In this document: positions 9,308-17,200 of the stretch, in pieces | Position numbering within the stretch: position 1 is the first letter of the stretch | How the letters are laid out: every line of letters starts with the position of its first letter | From: a bacterium | GTDB lineage: Bacteria > Verrucomicrobiota > Kiritimatiellia > CAIKKV01 > CAITUY01 | Direction of reading: 5' to 3' | Length of the DNA stretch: 64,000 bases | NCBI GenBank assembly: GCA_037143175.1 | Contig: JBAWZF010000006.1 | Coordinates: 3,414-67,413, forward strand | Notes under the pieces: model-generated | What the model saw: only the letters and a program-made list of their open reading frames with translations | Told to the model about the DNA's origin: nothing | The model's database searches: none | Program-made: the position numbers and the translations under genes

Positions 9308-9946
9308 TCAGGCCACCTTGTGGGAATCATACCGCTTACTCCAACGGCGGGTATCCGCTTTTTCTTTGCGGTATTCGCGGTGTACCAGTTCGCGGCCCTT
9401 GCAGGAAAGTGAGGTATGATAACCGCCTGTTTCGTTCCGCGCATTGACAGCCTCAGCAACGCGCTGCGCCTCTGCGGCGTTCTTATACTTCCACCCATCA
9501 ATGGTTGTCTCCAACATACCCGATGTCGGGTCAAGGTAGCTGTCGAGCTCTTCCCCGACCATCAGGTTTACCAGGTGGACCGGATCAGAGGAAACAAGGT
9601 CAGCCAGTTCCCGCAACTTCCGGGAATTCTCCGCCGTGAGTATTACGACCATCTTGTTTCTTTGCTTCGCCCGGTAAACGGCGGGTTCAAATGGTCCGCC
9701 TTTGGTGAGCAGGCCTATATGGGCGATTACCTTCCTCCAATTTTGCGGCTTCGTGAGGGTTTTGATATATTCCGTCGGCAACGATTCCGGCATCTTCCCC
9801 GGCTCTGGAAAATCGCCCTTCACCACCGTGAACATCTGGAGAGACTCCGGGGCGATCCCGTCCGCCTTCATCAATGCGGCAAGGTATGCCCGCGTCGCCT
9901 GTTCCGCCGCCTTGCCCGCCGTCTTCCGCCGTGCTACTGTCTTCAT
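9308..9946 (-). CDS. hypothetical protein (integrase-proximal cargo)
   Basis: Start chosen at MKTVARRK. No motif recognised. Confidence 0.4.
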   Translation of the reverse strand: MKTVARRKTAGKAAEQATRAYLAALMKADGIAPESLQMFTVVKGDFPEPGKMPESLPTEYIKTLTKPQNWRKVIAHIGLLTKGGPFEPAVYRAKQRNKMVVILTAENSRKLRELADLVSSDPVHLVNLMVGEELDSYLDPTSGMLETTIDGWKYKNAAEAQRVAEAVNARNETGGYHTSLSCKGRELVHREYRKEKADTRRWSKRYDSHKVA

Positions 9947-10064
9947 CGTGAACCGTATCCTTTCTATGCTTGGTGCGGTTCGCACCGCCCTCGGGGTGTT
10001 CTAGCACCTCGGGGGCACCTTCTTTTCATCCCCCGGCGGTCACTGCCGCCAGCGGGAAATTCTT

Positions 10065-11468
10065 TCATCCTGCCTGTGCAATTGTCATCCGGATAATGCC
10101 AGGCTCTTCCGTTGGCATGATAGCCCAATAGGCCTCCGCGTCTTCCTTCGTCACAAGAGCCCGGTAATGGTCAAAGAGCATGGACGTGTCCCGATGGTGC
10201 CCGAGCTCGAAGGCGGTCCGGGCCGGATCCCCGTACATGGCCAGGTGGTGAGACGCGAATGCATGGCGCATCCCGTTGCTAGGCCAGCGTGTCTTTGCCA
10301 GCCTCCGGACGTGATCAAACCGGAAGCGCCACTTATCCCCCTGGGGCGCCACAAAGCCAGCCTGTTCCCTGTGTGGCAATAGCCAGGCGGCCAGGTTGTC
10401 GGAAATGGTCACATGTCGCGCCCGGCGTTTCTTCGCGTAGTGGGGCATGACGGTGATCCGCTTGGCGGCCAGATTGATATCCTTCCAATCCATGCCCCGG
10501 AGTTCAGCCGTCCGCAAGCCGGCAAAGCAGCCGATGGCGAGCGGCGCCACCATGTTGGGCTCGATCTTGGCGGCCGTATTCAAGAGCGCCGTCACGTCCT
10601 GCCAGGTCAAACATTCCGGCATCTTCTCGTCTTCATGGTGCCGGGCGCGCGTTCGCCGGGTGAAGGGGTTTTCAGTGACATATTCTTTGCCGATAGCGAA
10701 ATTGAACAGGCCGCCGCCAAGCACCTGGTAATTCTTCTTCGTGATGTTCGACATTTCGGCGTGATGTTTCTTCTTCCACTTATCCGCGCGGCTTCGGATC
10801 CACTTCTCTACATCGTCACGGGTGATCTCTGTAATTAGGCGGTCTCCGTACACCTCCCGGAAAAGCCCCATCCTGTGTTCAAGGTCCCGTAGAGTGGTGG
10901 GGCGGACGTTTCGGTCTCTGGAATCTGCAAGGTGTTCGTCAATGACTTGTCCCACGGTTCGGCGTACCACCGGCGCCTTGTGCTTTCTGTAGTACCTGGC
11001 GGCCGTCTCCGGGGTGGCCGTGCCTTCGAGAATGGCAACGGTGGCCGCGTAGCTCCTTACCGCCTCCAGGATCGTGGCCGCGCCCCCGAGTGCCTGTGTG
11101 GCACTTATGTGTACTTTTACGGCTTCCCCCATCGTCATATCGGGCATATTGGCGGCAGTGAGCAATTCGGAGGCCTGGACGGCATCCAGACGCTGCCGGT
11201 CTGTCAGATTCATGGCCGCGTGCCCTTCATTCTTCCGGCGCAACTTTTCGGCATACAACCAGGTGCGGGCCTCCGCCTTCGTCTCAAACTGCTTCCGGAT
11301 CCGCTTGCCGTCCGGCGTCTTTCCGGCGTAGGCCTGCCAGGCTATCCGCTCTTCACCGTCCGGCCCCTTCCAGGTACGTTTCAGGAGGCCCTTATCATTT
11401 TTTGGCTTGCCGATATCCGCTTCCGCCCCTACATTCTCGCCATGTTTTTCAGTTCCAAGTTTATTCAT
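10065..11468 (-). CDS. int: tyrosine-type site-specific recombinase / phage integrase
   Basis: Start at MNKLGTEK with a GGAGGG ribosome-binding site. The C-terminal catalytic region (...RHAFASHHLAMYGDPARTAFELGHHRDTSMLFDHYRAL) has the R...H-x-x-R...Y signature. It lies 125 bp from a tRNA gene. Confidence 0.85.
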   Translation of the reverse strand: MNKLGTEKHGENVGAEADIGKPKNDKGLLKRTWKGPDGEERIAWQAYAGKTPDGKRIRKQFETKAEARTWLYAEKLRRKNEGHAAMNLTDRQRLDAVQASELLTAANMPDMTMGEAVKVHISATQALGGAATILEAVRSYAATVAILEGTATPETAARYYRKHKAPVVRRTVGQVIDEHLADSRDRNVRPTTLRDLEHRMGLFREVYGDRLITEITRDDVEKWIRSRADKWKKKHHAEMSNITKKNYQVLGGGLFNFAIGKEYVTENPFTRRTRARHHEDEKMPECLTWQDVTALLNTAAKIEPNMVAPLAIGCFAGLRTAELRGMDWKDINLAAKRITVMPHYAKKRRARHVTISDNLAAWLLPHREQAGFVAPQGDKWRFRFDHVRRLAKTRWPSNGMRHAFASHHLAMYGDPARTAFELGHHRDTSMLFDHYRALVTKEDAEAYWAIMPTEEPGIIRMTIAQAG

Positions 11469-11593
11469 GTGGCACCCTCCGTCTGTTTTGCAGGGATAGA
11501 GGTACACAAAAGTGCCACATGGAGTCAAGCAGCATTCTTTGCCGCTTGCGCGGATTTAGAAAAACCGAGTTTTATTGGGCTTTTATAGCCTTT

Positions 11594-11655
<62 letters not shown>

Positions 11656-11670
<15 letters not shown>

Positions 11671-11892
11671 CTAACGGGACTCCATCAGGAATTTCTGGAG
11701 GCCGGCGCTCAAGCCGTTGAAACCAATACCTTCGGTGTTTCGCGCATTGTGTTTGATGAATACGGCATTGGGGATCGCACCGCGGAAATCAACACCGCTG
11801 CCGTCGCCAATGCCCGTAAGGCCATGGCCGGGCGGTCGGGACGCTATGTCTGCGGCTCGTTGGGCCCCACAACCAAATTGCCGTTGGATTGA
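11656..11892 (+). pseudogene. internal fragment (about 78 codons) of a homocysteine S-methyltransferase (MetH N-terminal/MmuM-type) gene; both ends are missing
   Basis: The translation LHQEFLEAGAQAVETNTFGVSRIVFDEYGIGDRTAEINTAAVANARKA...RYVCGSLGPTTKL matches the conserved ...YLEAGADIIETNTF...AEIN.AA..AR...YVAG.LGPT core of the S-methyltransferase domain. The frame starts inside the tRNA 3-prime end with no plausible start codon, and a stop follows after 78 codons. Confidence 0.55.
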
Positions 11893-11899
11893 GGGTTTT

Positions 11900-12835
11900 C
11901 TATTCCGTGTGGATCGTGCTCAGGTTGAGCAGGTCGCCGAAGCGGCGAGCCGTGAGGGGGGTCTTATGGGTCCAGCGCTTGAACTCTTTACAAAAATAGG
12001 CGTAGTCACGGTAGCCGCTTTCCAGGGCAATTTGTTTGATGGGTAATTCCGTCGTAGTGATCTGGTTCAGCGCACGTTGCAGGCGGAATTGTTGAAGATG
12101 GGCGTGGGGACTAATTCCCACTTCGCGGCGGAACATGCGGGAGAAATGGTGGCGTGAGTATCCGGCCTCCCTTGAAATTTGTTCCAGCGATAACCCAGGA
12201 TCACGATAATCCCGCTCCACCAGTTTCAGCACGCGGTCTACCGCGGGCGAAACCCTGGGCTTTGGCATCCGGTGCGCGCGGAAGAGTTCCATCAGGAATC
12301 GATGGGCCTGAGCGGCCAGTTCGAACTCATCTGGAATTCTTTCTGCCAGGACCTGACGGTGAAGGCCTTTGATCAGGTCGATGGCGAGGTGGGTTGCGGG
12401 GAGTTCCCATAAGTATCCATGCATGCGAACCAACAGGTTGACCAGATCATACGCCATATCACCTGCGATAATGATGTAACAAAATTCCCATTCCGTTCCG
12501 GGGGCAAGCCAATAGCGGGTGGGGGAGGGAAACGGAACCAGAAATCCCATTCCGGGCGTGAGTCGAGTGGTTTTGCCGCCCGGCAGGCTCTGGAATCTAC
12601 CCTCCCCTGAGAAAGTATATTGGAACAGGCAGGAGTTGTGCCGTTTCCGGTTGTCGTAGTCGTACTCGCGCTGGCCACGTTCCTGCACAATGCCTTCAGC
12701 CACGATATCGCAACGATGTTTAGGGTAGCTGGTGATACGGCTGAATCCTGTTTCCCGCAACGGCAATCCGGCCTTGAGCACGATTCTTATGTTTTTTAGC
12801 GCGGAATCACCATCAATTTGAATACAATCACTCAT
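11900..12835 (-). CDS. AraC-family transcriptional regulator (N-terminal cupin-like sensor plus C-terminal AraC HTH)
   Basis: C-terminal ...IKQIALESGYRDYAYFCKEFKRWTHKTPLTARRF is the AraC HTH signature. It is divergent from a GH4 gene. Confidence 0.8.
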   Translation of the reverse strand: MSDCIQIDGDSALKNIRIVLKAGLPLRETGFSRITSYPKHRCDIVAEGIVQERGQREYDYDNRKRHNSCLFQYTFSGEGRFQSLPGGKTTRLTPGMGFLVPFPSPTRYWLAPGTEWEFCYIIIAGDMAYDLVNLLVRMHGYLWELPATHLAIDLIKGLHRQVLAERIPDEFELAAQAHRFLMELFRAHRMPKPRVSPAVDRVLKLVERDYRDPGLSLEQISREAGYSRHHFSRMFRREVGISPHAHLQQFRLQRALNQITTTELPIKQIALESGYRDYAYFCKEFKRWTHKTPLTARRFGDLLNLSTIHTE

Positions 12836-12924
12836 ATGGGTGTGTATGATAGAGCGTAATTCTTCAATTGAAAACCAGAAATTGAGGAAGGGGTATTAAG
12901 TTTCAACAACAGGAGCGAATCAAA

Positions 12925-14502
12925 ATGTCGGTTAAGATTGCGGTTATTGGGGCGGGAAGTATCGGGTTTACACGCGGACTGATGAAGGACACCTTGTCGG
13001 TTCCGGAATTGCGTGATGCCGAGTTCAGGTTCATGGACATCAATGCCCAGAATCTTGACATGATCACACAATTGGCCCGTCGCGACATCAAGGCCAATAA
13101 GCTGCCTGCAAAAATCATTACCACGAATAACCGGCGCAAAGCTGTCGATGGCGCGGATTTCGTAATCAATACGACACGTATCGGCGGGTTGGATGCCTTC
13201 AAGCTGGATGTTGATATCCCGCTCAAGTACGGCGTGGATCAATGTGTGGGTGACACGCTTTGCACCGGTGGGATCATGTACGGGCAGCGCAACATTCCGC
13301 AGATTCTGGCCTTCTGTAAAGATATCCGCGAGGTCGCTGCCCCGGACTGTCTGTTCATGAATTATGCCAACCCGAATGCCATGAATACCTGGGCGGCGAT
13401 TGAATATGGTGGTGTGCCTACGCTTGGCTTGTGCCACGGAGTGCATGGCGGGCATTGGCAGATTACCGAGGTGATCAAGCTTTTGGTCAATGATAACAAG
13501 AAGCCTGATCAGAAGGGTTACGTCAATATCGACATAAAGGATGTGGATATCATCTGTGCCGGTATTAACCACCAGACCTGGTACGTTCAGGTGATCTATA
13601 AGGGTGAAGACTGGACCAGCCGGCTTCTGGAGGGATTCGAGAAGCATCCCGCCTTCAGTCAGTCTGAGAAAGTCCGCATCGATATGCTCAAGCGGTTTGG
13701 GTACTACACGACCGAATCCAACGGGCACGTTTCGGAATATGTTGCCTGGTACCGGAAGCGCCCTGCAGAGCTGAACAAATGGATCGACATGGGGAGCTGG
13801 ATCAATGGTGAGACCGGTGGTTATCTGCGGGTTTGCACCGAAGGTCGGAACTGGTTTGAAACAGATTTCCCCAACTGGATCAAAGGTGAACCCACGGTCT
13901 TCTCGGCGGCTAACCGTAGTCATGAGCACTGCAGTTACATCATCGAAGCGTTGAAGACGGGCCGCGTCTATCGCGGACACTTCAATCTGCAAAATAACGG
14001 GTGTATCACTAATCTGCCTGATGACTCGATTGTGGAGGTGCCGGTATATGTTGATCGCAATGGACTCAGCGTTCCTCAGGTCGGGGATCTTCCGCTGGGT
14101 TGTGCGGCCGTTTGCAATGCATCCATCTCGGTGCAGCGGCTTGCGGTTGAGGCGGCGGTTCATGGGGATGTTAACCTTCTCAAGCAGGCGGTTCTGATGG
14201 ATCCTCTCACCTCCGCGGTGTGTAACCCGCCGGAAATTTCCCAGATGGTGGATGAAATGCTGGTGGCGCAGGCCCGGTGGTTGCCGCAGTATAAGCAGGC
14301 GATTCCGGCGGCTAAGGCCCGGTTTGCCTCAGAGGAAAAACTCGGGGTTCACAGCACCGAAGGCGCGGCTCGGCTCAAGACCAAGACCGTGGAAGAGATG
14401 AAGCAGAATCAAGATGAGGCCCGCCGCAATGCGGATGCCGCCGATAAAGCGATGGCCCAGCGTAAGCAGTCCGTTGCCGCCACGGTCAAAAAGAAGAAAT
14501 AA
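12925..14502 (+). CDS. glycoside hydrolase family 4 (NAD+/Mn2+-dependent alpha-glucosidase/alpha-galactosidase-like) with a Lys-rich C-terminal tail
   Basis: N-terminal MSVKIAVIGAGSIGFTRGL Rossmann motif. The family signature motifs (...GLCHGV..., NPNAMNTWA) are present. 525 aa including an extra charged tail (...AATVKKKK). Confidence 0.75.
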   Translation: MSVKIAVIGAGSIGFTRGLMKDTLSVPELRDAEFRFMDINAQNLDMITQLARRDIKANKLPAKIITTNNRRKAVDGADFVINTTRIGGLDAFKLDVDIPLKYGVDQCVGDTLCTGGIMYGQRNIPQILAFCKDIREVAAPDCLFMNYANPNAMNTWAAIEYGGVPTLGLCHGVHGGHWQITEVIKLLVNDNKKPDQKGYVNIDIKDVDIICAGINHQTWYVQVIYKGEDWTSRLLEGFEKHPAFSQSEKVRIDMLKRFGYYTTESNGHVSEYVAWYRKRPAELNKWIDMGSWINGETGGYLRVCTEGRNWFETDFPNWIKGEPTVFSAANRSHEHCSYIIEALKTGRVYRGHFNLQNNGCITNLPDDSIVEVPVYVDRNGLSVPQVGDLPLGCAAVCNASISVQRLAVEAAVHGDVNLLKQAVLMDPLTSAVCNPPEISQMVDEMLVAQARWLPQYKQAIPAAKARFASEEKLGVHSTEGAARLKTKTVEEMKQNQDEARRNADAADKAMAQRKQSVAATVKKKK

Positions 14503-14593
14503 TTCAAGCAGGGTGATAGAGCCACTACGAAACACGCGGAATGCACGAAACTAGTTTTTCGTGTGTTTTGCGTGTTCAGTAGTTTAGTTCTTT

Positions 14594-15502
14594 TTAGAGT
14601 AAAGCGCGGTGGGCATTTTTGTGCCAGCGTTCTAAGTCGTTCTCGGAAATATACCAGAAGAGCGGATAAATGAGTTTCTGGTAGGTTACCAAATCCATGG
14701 ACGCCAGGGATTCGGGCGTTAACTGGCTGGCGACGGAATCGATCCATGGGGCGGGCTCAAGTGCTTTCCATTTTCCATGATTCATGGGGCAGGCATTCTG
14801 GCAGTCATCACACCCATAGATCCAGGGCCCCATTTTATTCCACAATTCCTGCGGAATGGGCAACGACTCCTCATAGGTCAGATAGGCAATACAGCGTTTC
14901 ATATCCACGACATAGGGTTCCGTCAAGGCACACGTACGGCAGGCGTCCAGACAGGCCTTGCAGCCAGTTGGGCAGGGGGCCTCCGGGGGTGAAGGTGCGT
15001 CGGGCTCCAGTTCGGTGTCGATAAGCCAGGCCTCGATATTGAGCCATGAGCCGCATCCGTCGGCATAGGCGAACCCATTCCGACCAATTTTCACGAGTCC
15101 GGCCCGGACCGCCGCCTCGCGGCAGGGGATGCCGCCGATTTTAACCCGGTTTCCCAGCGCGATGAGCCCCTGCTTCATGCGTTTTGGCAGAGTATTATCC
15201 GGACACGCTTTAATGCGGCGATCGCACAGATAATTGCGGCCGATATGGCGGGTAATGGATTCAGGAATATCATATTTGCCGTAGCGGCGGACGGCCACGA
15301 CAATGGACTTCGCCCAAGGCGCGAAGGTGGCGGGATTGATGCGACGCTCCATGTCATGGTAGAGCGTTGCCGCATCGGGGAAGCGCTCGGCGTTTTCCTT
15401 GAGCGCTGTCTGATAGTCATCAAACGGCTGCATCCCTGTGATGCCACAAGCGTGGTATCCAAGTTCAGTGGCAAGCGCCTTGATTTGTGCCTTTATGGTC
15501 AT
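14594..15502 (-). CDS. queG: QueG-like 4Fe-4S protein (epoxyqueuosine reductase family)
   Basis: N-terminal DUF1730-like region. Cys clusters CPTGCKACLDACRTC and YGCDDCQNACPMN match the two ferredoxin-type motifs of QueG. At 302 aa it is shorter than canonical QueG. Confidence 0.5.
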   Translation of the reverse strand: MTIKAQIKALATELGYHACGITGMQPFDDYQTALKENAERFPDAATLYHDMERRINPATFAPWAKSIVVAVRRYGKYDIPESITRHIGRNYLCDRRIKACPDNTLPKRMKQGLIALGNRVKIGGIPCREAAVRAGLVKIGRNGFAYADGCGSWLNIEAWLIDTELEPDAPSPPEAPCPTGCKACLDACRTCALTEPYVVDMKRCIAYLTYEESLPIPQELWNKMGPWIYGCDDCQNACPMNHGKWKALEPAPWIDSVASQLTPESLASMDLVTYQKLIYPLFWYISENDLERWHKNAHRALL

Positions 15503-15598
15503 GAGTCACTGGGAGAATAGCGGAAGTACTGGATTGTGACAAACATATCGCTTTTTCGAGAGGGCCTATTTATCTTTCGTTTACGAGGTGATCGCCGA

Positions 15599-17149
15599 AT
15601 GAATCGTCAATCCAGAGTGATTCGTGAAATGCTGAATTTGGCCGTGAGGGTCAGTGCTGTCGCAATGGCGGCAGGGGTCATGGCGTCGGATAGCCCCGTC
15701 GTGACGCCGCGAATGATCGTTGATTTTGAAGATGCCCGGGCGATACGGCTCAGTCCGGACCAAGCTCAGGCCTCCCTAGTCCCCGCCAAGGAGGGCCAGG
15801 CATTACAAATAACCACCGAGGCCCAAGCCAACTGGCCCGGGGTGCTGATCGCCCCTCGCCAAGGCGTTTGGGACTTGGCAGGGTACGATGCGGTTGAAAT
15901 GGATGTCCGGAACCCGGAAGACGTGCCAATCCGTGTTTTGCTCAGTATTAACAATCCGGGTTCGGATGGAGAGAAGTTCTGTAACGTCGCGTCCGTTACG
16001 GTTTCGGAACAAGGGAAGGCCGTGCTCGTCGTGCCCTTCGGGATGTGGCATGGCACTGCCGGCCACCCCATGGATCTCACCAAAATCGTCTCGATGCGCG
16101 TGCTATTGGATCGCCCCGGCCGTGCTCATCGCTTTGAGGTCGACTCGATTCGTGCGGTTACTGTGGAGCGCATTGATCTGGCGAAAATCATGGCAGATCC
16201 ATTCTTCCGGCAACTGAAGCCGCTGCCAGGCCGTGGTGTGAATCTCGGAAATGCATTGGAGGCCCCCGCTGATGGAGCTTGGGGGGTGATGCTCAAGGAG
16301 TCATACTTTGCGCAGATCAAGGACGCCGGCTTTGATACCGTGCGAATTCCCGTGCGGTGGTCGGCTTTTGCCGACGCCACACCTCCATACCGCATTGATC
16401 CAAAATTCTTTGCCAAGGTGGACTGGGCTGTCCATCAAGCACTCAAACAACAGCTTCACACGGTCCTGAACATGCACCACTACGACGAGTTGCTGGATCA
16501 GCCGGAGGCACACCGCGCCCGCTTTCTGGCGCTGTGGAAACAAATAGCCGAACACTATAAAAATGAGCCGCCTGAATTGCTGTTTGAATTGCTGAATGAA
16601 CCTAGAGGTAATTTGCTGGCCGACAAGTGGAACCGGTTGTTAGTCGAGACCTTGGCGGTCGTCAGGCCGTCGAACCCAACCCGGGAGATTGTGATTGGTC
16701 CGGTTGGCTGGAATGGCATCAGCGAATTGAAGGACCTGGTTCTGCCAGAGCAGGACCGCCACTTGATTGTCACCTTCCACTACTACAGTCCGTTTGCGTT
16801 TACTCATCAGGGGGCGAGTTGGGTTGGTCCTGATGCGAAACAATGGTTGGGAACCCGGTGGACCGGGACGACAGCGGAGAAACAGGCGATTGAACACGAT
16901 TTCGATGTCGCGATCGCCTGGGCGGTCGAACATCGTCGGCCTTTGTATCTGGGAGAATTTGGCGCCTTCAACAAGGCCCCAATGGAATCGCGGGAAAGAT
17001 GGACGCGTTTTGTCGCGGCTACTGCGATGAAGCGAAAGATGGGGTACACCTATTGGGAATTTTGTTCCGGGTTTGGTGTATACGATCCCGCCAAGGACTG
17101 CTGGATACAGCCGCTAAAAGGGGCTTTGTTGCCACGCGTTCTCAAATAG
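15599..17149 (+). CDS. secreted glycoside hydrolase family 5 (cellulase/mannanase-type) with an N-terminal accessory (carbohydrate-binding-like) domain
   Basis: Signal peptide MNRQSRVIREMLNLAVRVSAVAMAAGVMA. GH5 hallmarks are present: RGVNLGNALEAP, NEP catalytic acid (FELLNEP), nucleophile region LGEFGA. Confidence 0.75.
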   Translation: MNRQSRVIREMLNLAVRVSAVAMAAGVMASDSPVVTPRMIVDFEDARAIRLSPDQAQASLVPAKEGQALQITTEAQANWPGVLIAPRQGVWDLAGYDAVEMDVRNPEDVPIRVLLSINNPGSDGEKFCNVASVTVSEQGKAVLVVPFGMWHGTAGHPMDLTKIVSMRVLLDRPGRAHRFEVDSIRAVTVERIDLAKIMADPFFRQLKPLPGRGVNLGNALEAPADGAWGVMLKESYFAQIKDAGFDTVRIPVRWSAFADATPPYRIDPKFFAKVDWAVHQALKQQLHTVLNMHHYDELLDQPEAHRARFLALWKQIAEHYKNEPPELLFELLNEPRGNLLADKWNRLLVETLAVVRPSNPTREIVIGPVGWNGISELKDLVLPEQDRHLIVTFHYYSPFAFTHQGASWVGPDAKQWLGTRWTGTTAEKQAIEHDFDVAIAWAVEHRRPLYLGEFGAFNKAPMESRERWTRFVAATAMKRKMGYTYWEFCSGFGVYDPAKDCWIQPLKGALLPRVLK

Positions 17150-17157
17150 GTCTGAAT

Positions 17158-17190
17158 TGATCTCAAGCCCTGCTGGAGGGCTTGAGATCA
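17158..17190. terminator. perfect 12-bp-stem hairpin (gatctcaagccc-tgctgga-gggcttgagatc) between convergent genes; probably a bidirectional terminator
   Basis: Perfect inverted repeat seen directly in the 51-bp gap between the GH5 stop and the stop of the 1046-aa hydrolase gene. Confidence 0.6.
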
Positions 17191-17200
17191 AGATTGTCTA

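Larger units (their letters stand above)
1..11593. mobile_element. prophage-like integrative element, right-hand portion; it extends beyond the window start. Contents: integrase, excisionase, XRE repressor, Rep-like gene and structural-like genes, all on the minus strand.
   Basis: Uninterrupted co-oriented, overlapping small genes of phage type end at an integrase adjacent to tRNA-Arg. Housekeeping and carbohydrate-utilisation genes begin immediately after the tRNA. Confidence 0.65.

Noticed and set aside
12832-14163. 443-aa minus-strand ORF overlapping the GH4 gene
   Set aside because: It is antisense to a gene with clear family motifs. The composition is odd and there are no motifs. It is a typical high-GC shadow ORF.
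14503-14593. Short palindrome cacgaaa-ctagtt-tttcgtg between GH4 and the QueG-like gene
   Set aside because: Probably just a small bidirectional terminator between convergent genes. Listed here rather than as a feature because the stem is short and AT-rich.
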